Below are positions 51,805-60,676 of a stretch of 64,000 nt of DNA, piece by piece. Source of the DNA: Christensenellales bacterium. Lineage in GTDB: Bacteria > Bacillota > Clostridia > Christensenellales > UBA1431. The position numbers and the translations under genes were made by a program. The notes under the pieces were generated by a model. It searched no databases. It saw nothing but the letters and a program-made list of their open reading frames with translations, and was not told the origin of the DNA. The stretch's first letter is position 1, and the number at the start of each line of letters is the position of its first letter. The DNA is taken from contig JAXGXY010000001.1 of NCBI GenBank assembly GCA_040772545.1, positions 4,993 to 68,992 on the forward strand, read 5' to 3'.

Positions 51805-52734
51805 ATGATCGAGCTGATCTATGAGGGGAAGGATATCAACCTGGAAGCGGATGTCGCCGTCACCGGGTGCGTGTACACGGACTGCGTGCACGGCCGGGCG
51901 GACAGCGTGCGGATCGCGTTCTCGGACGCGCAAAAGCTCTGGCGGCTGTGGGCGCCACAGAAGGGCGACGCTTTCGAGGTGCGGCAGGGCGCCATACGGA
52001 GCGGGAAGATGTATGTCTCCAAACTGGCTGCGCGGGAGAACACGTTCGTACTGGCCGGCAGCGCCACGCCGCTTTCGGCGCTGGGCGCAGCGTCGGAGAG
52101 CTGGGAAAACATCCGGTTATCGGAGCTCGTATCGCGTATGGCGGCGCAGGTCGGCATGCGCGCGGAGCTTTCAGGCGTCCCGGACCGCCTGTACGCCCGG
52201 TTCGACCGCGTACGCAAGACGGTCCCGGCAGCGATTCAGTTCCTCTGCAGGCGGGAGTCGGCCGCGCTCAAGGCCTTCGACGGGCGGTTTCTCCTGCTGA
52301 ACGAAAGGAAACTCGAAGAGGCGGACCCGGTGGCCTGCCTGAAACCGGAAGACATGACGGCGCCCGAGTTCGGCACGTCGGACGCCGGTTTGATGCGCGA
52401 GGTCACGGTGCAGTACGTAGGCGCAGACGGCCAGATCACGGGCAGGTGGGCGGACGGGAGGATCGCCGGCGGGACCCTGGCCGTGGAGACGCCGGTCTCG
52501 TCGCAGGGCGAAGCGGAGCGGTTTGCCAAAGGTTTCCTTCGGGCGGCGAACCGGCGGGAAACGGCCGGAGCGGTCACGGTCCTCTATGACGACGGGATCG
52601 CCGCGGGGAACGTGGTCGAGATACAAAACTACGGCAGTTTTTCCGGGCGGTACTGCGTCGACAGCGTGCGGCACGACATGCTGAACCTGCGCATGCGCCT
52701 GGGCCTGCGTAAACCTATTCAGGGGGATTACTGA
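51805..52734 (+). CDS. late control D / XkdQ-like baseplate hub protein
   Basis: 309 aa, following the LysM protein as in PBSX/P2-like tail modules. Confidence 0.5.
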   Translation: MIELIYEGKDINLEADVAVTGCVYTDCVHGRADSVRIAFSDAQKLWRLWAPQKGDAFEVRQGAIRSGKMYVSKLAARENTFVLAGSATPLSALGAASESWENIRLSELVSRMAAQVGMRAELSGVPDRLYARFDRVRKTVPAAIQFLCRRESAALKAFDGRFLLLNERKLEEADPVACLKPEDMTAPEFGTSDAGLMREVTVQYVGADGQITGRWADGRIAGGTLAVETPVSSQGEAERFAKGFLRAANRRETAGAVTVLYDDGIAAGNVVEIQNYGSFSGRYCVDSVRHDMLNLRMRLGLRKPIQGDY

Positions 52735-53411
52735 TGGAACGCGGGATAGTGTCGGCGGTAAACGGGCGCCGGGCGCGCGTGAAGCGCCCGGACGGGTACG
52801 TCACCGGCTGGCTGTTTCTTGCTGACGCCGTCCTGTCGGCAAACGCGGGCGACATCGTTTTCTACGAGCCGTTCGGGAACGACGGGCTTATCCTGCATGC
52901 TGTGGGAGCGCCGGGTTTAGCGGATGTTTTTGCGCTGGCCAATGAGGTGCTGCCTTTATCCGGCGGTTCGCTTGCAGGGGATTTAGACATCAACGGGAAT
53001 GCGGTATGGCACACGGGGAACCTGTACCACGTCGAGTGGACGCCGTACCTCAGGGGAGTAAATGCAAACCCGTCGGTAACATACATCCGCCAGCGCGGAA
53101 TGGCGACAAAGATCGGGCCGCTCGTGGTTGCGCCGTTTGAGATCCTCACCGACACGGTAAGCGGCGGGTCCGGTCATGCATATATTCACGGGACGCCTTT
53201 CCCGGTGTATTCAGGACAGGCGGGGCTGCCCTACAGCGCGCTTGTATACAACGACGACATAACGGGCGTTACGGTAAATCAGATGGGCATCCACTGGAAC
53301 GGGTCGTACTGGATACTGACCTGGGGGACGGCGAGCGAGCGTCTGCAAGCAGATAACCTGCTTAACGGGTTCCACGTTTTCGGAACGCTCATATACCATA
53401 CGAGCGCCTAG
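52734..53411 (+). CDS. baseplate spike/assembly protein V-like
   Basis: N-terminal GIVSAVNGRRARVKRPDGYVTGWL resembles the gpV OB-fold start. Confidence 0.45.
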   Translation: MERGIVSAVNGRRARVKRPDGYVTGWLFLADAVLSANAGDIVFYEPFGNDGLILHAVGAPGLADVFALANEVLPLSGGSLAGDLDINGNAVWHTGNLYHVEWTPYLRGVNANPSVTYIRQRGMATKIGPLVVAPFEILTDTVSGGSGHAYIHGTPFPVYSGQAGLPYSALVYNDDITGVTVNQMGIHWNGSYWILTWGTASERLQADNLLNGFHVFGTLIYHTSA

Positions 53412-53423
53412 GAGGGCACCGGC

Positions 53424-53660
53424 ATGGATGAAAGAATCATATTAAACAAGCTGACCGACGACGAGGTAATCATAGAGCGGCAGCGGTATGTGGTTGATGA
53501 AGGTACGGAATACACGGTAGGCCCGCCGCACCTGTGCTGGTACCGAAACAGCGTACGCGGGCGCGCTGAGATCGCGTCGGCCGTATCGGGGAAGGACCTT
53601 GACGCTGTCCTTGCTAAGTGGGGACCCGAACCGACGGTGACCGAAGAAGCGGAGGAATAG
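53424..53660 (+). CDS. hypothetical phage protein
   Basis: 78-aa ORF within the baseplate module. Confidence 0.35.
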   Translation: MDERIILNKLTDDEVIIERQRYVVDEGTEYTVGPPHLCWYRNSVRGRAEIASAVSGKDLDAVLAKWGPEPTVTEEAEE

Positions 53661-53673
53661 GGGGTATGGCGGG

Positions 53674-54870
53674 ATGAGCGTAGCGTCCTGGGGCTCCAAA
53701 AAGTTCGACGCGAGTTCGAAGAAGGTCTACACCTTCGACGGGTTCACCAACAGCGCGGCGCTGAACCTCGAGTTCCAGGAAAACGAGGGCGGCAAGACGT
53801 TCACGGCGATCAAGGGGATCGACACGGAAAAAGTGGGCTTTTTGCTGAAACTGCACCGGGACTATGTGGACGTGGCCGCGGAGATCAAGAGCTGGAAGGC
53901 CCTGCTGGCCGCGAAAAAGCCGTACCCTCTCTACATCGGCAAGAAGAAGTACGGCAGCCTCCCGTGGCTGCTGGCGTCCGTGGATGTGAGCGAGGTAAGG
54001 ATCGGCCCGCACGGCGCCATGGTCAGCGCGGCGGTCGAACTGGGCTTTGAGGAAATTTACCAGCTGAAGCCCCCGACAAAAAACGCGCTTGGCGTTTCGC
54101 CGGGCGCCGGTTCCGCGGCCGGCACGAGGACGGCGGCAGGCTCCTCCGGCTCGTCTTCGGTCGGCGGGTCGAAACCGCAGGCATTAGACGACAGCGCGGC
54201 GAAGAGGGCTGCCGTAAACGCCATAAACGCCACGATCAAGGCCTATGACTATCTGGGGAGCAAGGGCGCTTCGTACAAAGAGGTGCTGCGCCGGCTTAAA
54301 GAGCTGGCCGATCTGATCGTCGGCAAGAAGTCGTGGACCTGGACGGAGGCAAAAACGACGCTGGTCAGCACGCTCACCAAACTGATATCGCAGTACCTGC
54401 TGTTCGCGCCGACGATTATACCGGGGCTTAAGGACCTGCTGGACAAATTCAAAAGCGGGTTCGGCGGCGCGGGCAGTTCGAGGACGTGGGATACGTCATC
54501 GTCGTCAAAGGTCGCGACGTTCCTCGAGTACGCGAGGCTCCAGCTGGGAAAACCCTATGTCCTCGGCGGGAAGGGGCCGGACGTGTTCGACTGCTCCGGC
54601 CTGGTGTACTACTGCCTCAGATGCACCGGCGTGAAAATCAGTTACATGACGTCGAGCGCCTGGGCCGTGAGTTCGTTTCCCCGCGTGAACAGCATAAGCG
54701 CCCTGAAGGCGGGCGACGTCGTCTGTTTCAGGGGGCATGTCGGGATCTACCGGGGCGACGGCACGATGATCGACGCCTCGTCCAGCCAGGGCAAGGTCAG
54801 GATCTCGTCGCCGCTTAAATCGGTGGCGTACTGGCGTAACAACTTTATCTGCGGACGCAGGGTGTTTTAG
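53674..54870 (+). CDS. tail-associated NlpC/P60 (C40) peptidoglycan endopeptidase
   Basis: The C-terminal FDCSGLVYYCL...GHVGIY...IDAS triad context (Cys-His-polar) is typical of NlpC/P60. Confidence 0.75.
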   Translation: MSVASWGSKKFDASSKKVYTFDGFTNSAALNLEFQENEGGKTFTAIKGIDTEKVGFLLKLHRDYVDVAAEIKSWKALLAAKKPYPLYIGKKKYGSLPWLLASVDVSEVRIGPHGAMVSAAVELGFEEIYQLKPPTKNALGVSPGAGSAAGTRTAAGSSGSSSVGGSKPQALDDSAAKRAAVNAINATIKAYDYLGSKGASYKEVLRRLKELADLIVGKKSWTWTEAKTTLVSTLTKLISQYLLFAPTIIPGLKDLLDKFKSGFGGAGSSRTWDTSSSSKVATFLEYARLQLGKPYVLGGKGPDVFDCSGLVYYCLRCTGVKISYMTSSAWAVSSFPRVNSISALKAGDVVCFRGHVGIYRGDGTMIDASSSQGKVRISSPLKSVAYWRNNFICGRRVF

Positions 54871-54883
54871 GGGTGAAAATGCT

Positions 54884-55186
54884 ATGGCCTACACGGTAGC
54901 GTCTTCGGACGCTTTTTCTTATGGCGCGGGCTCCGAGAAAGAGCGCGTACTTAAAAACTGCGCAAACCTCCTCTCGCTGACGTGGGGGGAGGTAATGGGC
55001 GACAGGACGCTCGGGCTGGACCCGCGCCTGATCGACCGCCCGGCCGAACAGGTGCGCTCGGAGCTTACCTCGTACGTCACCGGGATGCTGCAGGAGCGCG
55101 AGCCGCGGGCAGAGGTGTCCGACGTCCTGATAGAGACCTCTGCAACGGGAGAGATGGAAGTAAAGGTGGTGCTGGAGGTTGCGTGA
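54884..55186 (+). CDS. baseplate wedge protein gp25/gpW-like
   Basis: 100 aa, upstream of the J-like gene. Contains the GEVMGDRTLGLD pattern. Confidence 0.55.
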   Translation: MAYTVASSDAFSYGAGSEKERVLKNCANLLSLTWGEVMGDRTLGLDPRLIDRPAEQVRSELTSYVTGMLQEREPRAEVSDVLIETSATGEMEVKVVLEVA

Positions 55187-56273
55187 TTTCCTCGAAACGG
55201 ACGCGGAAAAGCTGCAGGAGGACGCCGTCAGGGAGTTCGAAGCCGCTGCAGGGGAAGCACTTTACGCGGGCGACGAGCGGCGAATCCTCATCAATACGAT
55301 GGCGGGGCTGGCCGCGGTGGCGCTCGGCCACCTGAACAGGCTCCTGAACATGGACTTTCCGCAGCACGCCGAAGGCGAATACCTCGACGAACTCGGGGCC
55401 GCAAGGGGCGTCGAGCGGATGCAGGCGCAGTACGCCGCCGTGACGCTGGAATATACGCTGAGCGCGGCGCAGGCTTCGGACGTCACGATACCCGCGGGCA
55501 CGCGCGCCACGCCCGACGGAATGTGTTTCTTCGCGACGGTCCGGGACCTCGTGATCCCGGTAGGGGAGCTTTCCGATACCGTTACCGCGGAAGCTACTGT
55601 CGCGGGCAGCGCGTTCAACGGGTTCGATATCGGGACGATCAGCCAACAGGTGGACCTGGTGCCGTTCGTGGCGTCGGTGAGCAATACGGACGCGTCCCAG
55701 GGCGGCGCGGAGACGGAGGACGACGAATCGTACCGCAAGCGCATAACGCTCTCTCTTGCATCCTACAGCGCGGCGGGGTCCGAGCTGTCGTACATCTACT
55801 GGACGCATTCGGCCGACAGCACGATCGCCGACGTGGCGGTGCACAGCCCGCAGGCAGGCGAGGTCGTCGTCACTGTCTTGCTCGAAGACGGGCAGGCGCC
55901 CGGGCAGGCCGTCCTCGACCGCGTCGAAGACATGCTCTCGGCGCGCAGCGTGCGGCCCCTGACCGACCAGGTGACGGTGCAGGCGCCTGTGGAAGTGCCA
56001 TACACCATTGATGCCACGTACTACATCGACAGCGCCGCGCAGGCCGAGGAAGCGGATATCCGGCAGGCTGTCGAAGCCGCCGTCGACGAGTACGTGTCCT
56101 GGCAGAGAGCTGTGCTTGGCCGGCACCTCAACCCGGACGCACTGGTCCAGCGGATGCTCAACGCCGGCGCGTCCCGGGTCGTGGTCGCAGCGCCTGTTTT
56201 CGCTGAACTCGGCCCGGACGAGCTGGCGGTGTTGTCCGGAGATGCGTCGGTCACATACGGAGGGCTGGTGTAA
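55179..56273 (+). CDS. baseplate J-like protein
   Basis: 364 aa. Order and size fit the gp47/gpJ family. Confidence 0.6.
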   Translation: MRDFLETDAEKLQEDAVREFEAAAGEALYAGDERRILINTMAGLAAVALGHLNRLLNMDFPQHAEGEYLDELGAARGVERMQAQYAAVTLEYTLSAAQASDVTIPAGTRATPDGMCFFATVRDLVIPVGELSDTVTAEATVAGSAFNGFDIGTISQQVDLVPFVASVSNTDASQGGAETEDDESYRKRITLSLASYSAAGSELSYIYWTHSADSTIADVAVHSPQAGEVVVTVLLEDGQAPGQAVLDRVEDMLSARSVRPLTDQVTVQAPVEVPYTIDATYYIDSAAQAEEADIRQAVEAAVDEYVSWQRAVLGRHLNPDALVQRMLNAGASRVVVAAPVFAELGPDELAVLSGDASVTYGGLV

Positions 56274-56833
56274 TGACAATCTCGGAGGTCTCTTTCCTGG
56301 ACATGGTCCCCCGGCTGTTCCGCGGGGACCGCACGGTGCGGGGGACAGCCGCCGCCTGCGACACGCTGCTGCGGACGCTTCTCTCGAAGGGGGCGATGCT
56401 GCCGCTCTGGACGCGGATCGATGAGCAGCCGGAATACATACTGGACGAGATGGCCGCGGCGCTGAACCTTCTCTGGTATGACCGCGGCGCGACCCTTGCA
56501 CAGAAACGTGCCATAGTAAGCAGCGCGGAGAAGGTGTACCGCCAGCTGGGCACGCCGGCGGCCGTGCGGCAGGTGGCGGAGGACTACTTCGGGCCCGCTG
56601 CGGTGGAGGAATGGTGGGAATACGGCGGGGATCCGGGGCATTTCCGCATCAGAATACAGGCGCAGAGCCTGACGCAGGACCAGATCGACATGTTCACGAA
56701 AAAGGTCCGGTGGGTAAAACGCGCGTCCGCATGGCTTGATTCGATCACCGCGGAGGAGCCGCTTATGACCACGCTGCGCGCGGGCGGCGCCTACCACGAA
56801 GCAGGAACGGACAATCTTAGGGAAGGAGCCTGA
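56273..56833 (+). CDS. tail protein I-like (baseplate)
   Basis: 186 aa. The LDEMAAALNLLWYD pattern is typical of P2 gpI-like proteins. Confidence 0.55.
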   Translation: MTISEVSFLDMVPRLFRGDRTVRGTAAACDTLLRTLLSKGAMLPLWTRIDEQPEYILDEMAAALNLLWYDRGATLAQKRAIVSSAEKVYRQLGTPAAVRQVAEDYFGPAAVEEWWEYGGDPGHFRIRIQAQSLTQDQIDMFTKKVRWVKRASAWLDSITAEEPLMTTLRAGGAYHEAGTDNLREGA

Positions 56834-56836
56834 TCC

Positions 56837-57553
56837 ATGGCTACATTCGGACAGCTGACAATCACGAACGCAGGGCTTGCGCTGTTGGCCAAGGCACAGA
56901 CCGGGACGGCGGTGCAGTTCACGCGACTGGCCATAGGCGACGGGGAACCGGGGGCAACGGACCCCGCCACGCTCACGGCGCTGGTGAACCGCCTGCAGTG
57001 GGTGACGATCAGCTCGATCACCCGGGACGGGACGAACGTGACGGCCGCCGGGACGTTCAACAACCAGGGCGCGACAGAATCCTTTTACTTCCGCGAGATC
57101 GGGTTGTTTGCTCAGGATCCGCAGGAAGGCGAAATCCTCTACGCGTACGGCAACGCAGGGGAGACGGCCGACGAGATCCCTGCCGAGGGCAGCCAGGTCA
57201 TCGAGCGCACGGTCAGCATCACGACGGTGCTATCGACGGAGATCGCGCTGACTGTGGAACTGGTTTCCGGAGCGTACCTTCTGGCATCCGAGTACACGGC
57301 CGGGGATATTCTTGAAAAGCTCAAAACGGTGGACGGGAACGGCAGCGGCCTGGATGCGGATATGTTGGAAGGCTGTCACGGCGCGGATACCGGGAGCGCG
57401 AACAAGCACGTCGTGCTGTCGACGCCTGACGGAACGGTAAAGGTGTACAAGCTGCAGGTAGGCGGCTCGACAGTAATTCCACGTATCTATGTACAGACAA
57501 CGAACCCGGGTTCGGTACCTGAAGGCTCTCTCTGGATCAAACCGAAGGCGTAA
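56837..57553 (+). CDS. tail-collar/tail fibre protein
   Basis: The N-terminus ITNAGLALLAKAQTGTAVQFTRLAIGDGE is typical of the tail-collar fibre N-domain (DUF3751-like). Confidence 0.6.
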   Translation: MATFGQLTITNAGLALLAKAQTGTAVQFTRLAIGDGEPGATDPATLTALVNRLQWVTISSITRDGTNVTAAGTFNNQGATESFYFREIGLFAQDPQEGEILYAYGNAGETADEIPAEGSQVIERTVSITTVLSTEIALTVELVSGAYLLASEYTAGDILEKLKTVDGNGSGLDADMLEGCHGADTGSANKHVVLSTPDGTVKVYKLQVGGSTVIPRIYVQTTNPGSVPEGSLWIKPKA

Positions 57554-57566
57554 GGGGGTGTAACCT

Positions 57567-58979
57567 GTGGCGGACCTTGCCGGCACCTATGCCGCATTGA
57601 CGTCCCCGAGCGGCGCGACGTACATGGCGCTGAACTACACGCTGATTTCCCGCTCCCGTATCCGCGTCTACGGCAATATCCACCTGGGGAGCGCGACGTC
57701 ATGCGGTACGGCCGAGGAACGTACGATGCGGATTGTCATTAACGGAACAACTAAGAACTATGTTGTAAAACCGACCGGGACGAACTGGGGACCGAACTCC
57801 AACCATCCGTTTGATTACACGTTCGACTTCAACGATGCCACATCAGGCACGGAACCGGCCAGGGTTTATGTGCTGGCCACCGAGACGTACCACAGCAGCC
57901 CGAGCGTGACGTTTGATACAGGGAGCCGCACTATAACCGTTCCTTCGAGTATGCTTAGACCCGGACAGGGTTCCCAGCCTTCGGTCAGCCCGTCGAGTTA
58001 CCCTGAAGACGATATCACGATCTCCTGGGCCGCGACGCCCTATGCCACAGCGTACTACGTGGACTATTACGACGGCTCCTGGCACAGGCTCAGGGCGACG
58101 TCTGCGCGGTCAATATCAGCTTCCCTTGCGGCGATAGCTTCCCGCGGAGAGACGATCGGGTTTGCAATCAACCCGTACAACAGCTACGGCAGCGGGGGCA
58201 GGTCGCCTACAAGGTACGTCACGCGGAACCGGGCGCCCAACAAACTGGCGACCGCGCCGACGCCCAACCACACGCTGATAGAGCCTGGGACAACCATACG
58301 GCTGTCCTTCAATAACGCAGGTGACCCGGACGGCAACCTTGCCGGGTACGAGGCGGCCATGAAAGACGCCGCCGGGGAGTGGCACAAAAACGGGAAGATC
58401 GTTGGAAGCCGGTCAGGTTCCAGTATCACGTACCTGGATGTCGACACAACCGGCTGGATACGGGGAAATCGGTGGCGGTTCTATGTGCGCGGGTACGACA
58501 GCAGAGGGATCAGGGGGTCCTGGAGCTCAGCGTCCGCATATGTGAAAATCAACAGCGCACCGCCGGCGCCCTCGTCAATCACGGTCAGCCCCTCGCCGTT
58601 CGAGAAATCGCTGACGGTATCATGGCCGTCCGTGACGGACCCTGACGGGAACCTTGATTACTATCAACTGCAACGGCGGATCGCCAACGACGGCGTTAAC
58701 TGGGGCGACTGGGCGACCGTGCGCACGCAGACATCAAGGTCATGGACGGAGGAACCGCCGGTGAACGACGGCGGGCTGGTGCAGTACCGCGTGCGTGCTG
58801 TCGACAAGCTTGACCAGGTATCGTCGTACAAGACGTCCGCGCAGGTAAAGCGCGAGGACGGTTCCGGGCTGAAGGTCCGGCAGGGCGGGGCGTGGGTGAA
58901 GACAGACATTTTCGTGGGGGGCGTGAAACACGAAGTGTTTGTCAGACAGGGGGGTGGATGGGTCGAAGCAGAGAAATAA
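57567..58979 (+). CDS. distal tail fibre / receptor-binding protein with FN3-like repeats
   Basis: 470 aa with a GTG start. Repeated ~90-aa segments contain W...Y..Y/YRVRA patterns. Confidence 0.5.
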   Translation: MADLAGTYAALTSPSGATYMALNYTLISRSRIRVYGNIHLGSATSCGTAEERTMRIVINGTTKNYVVKPTGTNWGPNSNHPFDYTFDFNDATSGTEPARVYVLATETYHSSPSVTFDTGSRTITVPSSMLRPGQGSQPSVSPSSYPEDDITISWAATPYATAYYVDYYDGSWHRLRATSARSISASLAAIASRGETIGFAINPYNSYGSGGRSPTRYVTRNRAPNKLATAPTPNHTLIEPGTTIRLSFNNAGDPDGNLAGYEAAMKDAAGEWHKNGKIVGSRSGSSITYLDVDTTGWIRGNRWRFYVRGYDSRGIRGSWSSASAYVKINSAPPAPSSITVSPSPFEKSLTVSWPSVTDPDGNLDYYQLQRRIANDGVNWGDWATVRTQTSRSWTEEPPVNDGGLVQYRVRAVDKLDQVSSYKTSAQVKREDGSGLKVRQGGAWVKTDIFVGGVKHEVFVRQGGGWVEAEK

Positions 58980-58990
58980 ATATGGCACAC

Positions 58991-59016
58991 GGCCGCCTTC
59001 GGGCGGCTTTCGTTTT
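58991..59016 (+). terminator. rho-independent terminator after the tail fibre gene
   Basis: GCCGCC-TTCG-GGCGGC hairpin followed by TTTCGTTTT. Confidence 0.7.
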
Positions 59017-59033
59017 GCGGAAAGGAGAGGGAG

Positions 59034-59174
59034 ATGGCACCAACTATCGTTGATCTGAAACTGAGCTTCAGGGGCGCGCTGGTGAAGCGCGCGGCTACGC
59101 AGATGATCGTGCTGCACCATCTGGCCGGCAACGCCTCTGTGAAAGCCGTCCATGCGTACCATCTGGAACGATAG
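59034..59174 (+). pseudogene. 5' fragment (46 codons) of an N-acetylmuramoyl-L-alanine amidase (Amidase_2) endolysin
   Basis: SD AAAGGAGAGGGAG precedes the ATG. MAPTIVDLKLSFRGALVKRAATQMIVLHHLAGNASVKAVHAYHLER* matches amidase_2 N-termini up to the H..H..(R)GW.GIGYH block. It then hits TAG exactly where the composition changes. Confidence 0.75.
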
Positions 59175-59213
59175 GCTCACCTCGATGTCTGGTCTGTATT
59201 TTCCGTTTTGCTC

Positions 59214-59304
59214 GTTCGCGGGAATAGGTCAATAGTGGATTTAATGGGTACTATCGGTTCGCGGGAACAGTTCAACAGTTGTTATCCGTTCGCGGGAATA
59301 AGTC
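59214..59304 (+). repeat. three direct 17-bp repeats GTTCGCGGGAAYAGKTC at the island's left junction
   Basis: Copies at 59214-59230, 59257-59273 and 59288-59304. Each contains a TTC-N4-GAA dyad, and flanking bases are partly conserved (T..GTTCGCGGGAA.A..TCAA.AG). Confidence 0.8.
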
Positions 59305-59337
59305 GAGATATGGTTAAAAATACCTCAAAGCTTGGAT

Positions 59338-60672
59338 TCATAGGATCTTATTTTGTGCAAATGATTTTAACAAGTCAGCACTTGGATGATCTGCAAGAGA
59401 AACCAGTTTATTTGCTAAAACAATTGGCACAAGTGAGTTGTAATATAAATCACATTTTAATGCTGTAATATTGGACAGAATTACATGAATATTGATATAA
59501 TTTTCCATTTGCGGTTCTGCCAGTGCTTGGGTATTAGGGATTGTTGCTACATACACATTGCTATGTTCAGATTTAAAAATAAGCTTATGGCCATAATAGG
59601 AAGAGCTTGCATATGGTTCGTTGTTTCTCGCTTGTCCAGGAATAATATATTTGTAAATATATCTGTTCCCAAGTAACAAGATTTGTTTCGGGATCATTTT
59701 TTTCGACACTTGCTCAGCATGCTCAACAAACGAACCACCCTTTTCGAGACCAACAATATATATGGTATGATATCTATTCAAATAAGTGATTAGCTTTCGC
59801 ATAGGTTTGTGAATATTCGCAGTTTGACCAAAGAAGGCAAGTGGCCCGTCTTTTATAAATAAAGTCTCGGACAAAAGGCTTGGTTTTATAGAAAGCATTT
59901 GTTTTATTAGAAAAACAGCTATAATTTGCTCTACTGTTGTCGATAGGTAGCCTAGGATTCCTCCGGCACCAAGCTCATTATCAATAGCTTCATGAAGACG
60001 AAATATGTCGGTGAGATATATCTTTCCACTGCAATGCGGACATGTGATAGTGTATGTAGATGAAAGGTCTTTTGCCCGAATATCAACCCCTTCGTTGCAA
60101 GAAGGACAAGTTGCTAAATGCCAAATAACATTTTGAGATGAAGAATTGTACTCTTCAAAAATGAGCCACTTCAATGCATCAATAAACCCATTACGTTCTG
60201 GTTGGGTACAGAAGAAGTCATAAATGGATTTTCTAACCGAACTAATAAGATCAGCTTCACCGTCAAGAGTAATACCCTTCGTTGGTACAACCAACTTAAT
60301 CCGCTGAATGTTTTGAAGCTTTGAGAAATCGTCAGGGTCAATAAAGGGCTTGATTTTTAAATCAATTAAATCTTGATGTTTAAAAAATAGCGCGCCAAAT
60401 TGGAAAAATGCAATGGTGGATGATGGGAATTCTTCCTTTACAAAAACGTTGGTATAGCCACCATCAATAGCTATAATATTTTTAATCGGATTATGAACAA
60501 CCTCTTCAAGCATATGAATTTCTATGTCAGCATCATCGACATCATCCTGATAGGGAGGGACTTTACACTTTGAAAGAAAAGATTGCACCTCGGCGTCATT
60601 GATTATATTCGTATGTGCTGTTTTACTCGCTCTTTCAAATGGTTTGTTTGAATAGTCATTTCCATAGCTCAT
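59338..60672 (-). CDS. NurA-like nuclease with an inserted zinc ribbon
   Basis: ATG 60672 lies 4 nt after the HerA stop, with AAGGAG inside the HerA 3' end. NurA-type motifs are IIAIDGGYT and LFIKDGPLAFFG, and the GLEKGGSFVEH block is present. CPSC...CPHC forms an inserted Zn ribbon. Confidence 0.65.
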   Translation of the reverse strand: MSYGNDYSNKPFERASKTAHTNIINDAEVQSFLSKCKVPPYQDDVDDADIEIHMLEEVVHNPIKNIIAIDGGYTNVFVKEEFPSSTIAFFQFGALFFKHQDLIDLKIKPFIDPDDFSKLQNIQRIKLVVPTKGITLDGEADLISSVRKSIYDFFCTQPERNGFIDALKWLIFEEYNSSSQNVIWHLATCPSCNEGVDIRAKDLSSTYTITCPHCSGKIYLTDIFRLHEAIDNELGAGGILGYLSTTVEQIIAVFLIKQMLSIKPSLLSETLFIKDGPLAFFGQTANIHKPMRKLITYLNRYHTIYIVGLEKGGSFVEHAEQVSKKMIPKQILLLGNRYIYKYIIPGQARNNEPYASSSYYGHKLIFKSEHSNVYVATIPNTQALAEPQMENYINIHVILSNITALKCDLYYNSLVPIVLANKLVSLADHPSADLLKSFAQNKIL

Positions 60673-60676
60673 ATAA

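Larger units (their letters stand above)
26495..59174. mobile_element. temperate tailed prophage (lambda-type head genes, contractile tail) placed 3' of tRNA-Ser; right end disrupted
   Basis: The integrase lies ~110 nt from the tRNA 3' end. It is followed by the canonical order of lysogeny, replication, packaging, head, tail and lysis genes. No attR copy of the tRNA 3' end is visible in the window. Confidence 0.85.

Noticed and set aside
49603-51933. 776-aa minus-strand ORF, the longest in the window
   Set aside because: It is antisense to the tape measure and chaperone genes. It is Arg/Pro/His/Gly-rich with no motifs or SD. It is the typical shadow ORF of high-GC coding DNA, and the plus-strand genes fit phage synteny.
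55077-56501. 474-aa minus-strand ORF
   Set aside because: It is antisense to the baseplate J/I-like genes and is a shadow ORF.
59214-59304. Possible mini-CRISPR array
   Set aside because: There are only three 17-bp units, with unequal 26- and 14-nt gaps. There are no cas genes, and the repeat is too short. It is better explained as protein-binding sites.
59208-59468. 86-aa plus-strand ORF at the island junction
   Set aside because: It spans the three direct repeats and then runs antisense into the 3' end of the NurA-like gene. It has no SD and is most likely non-coding.
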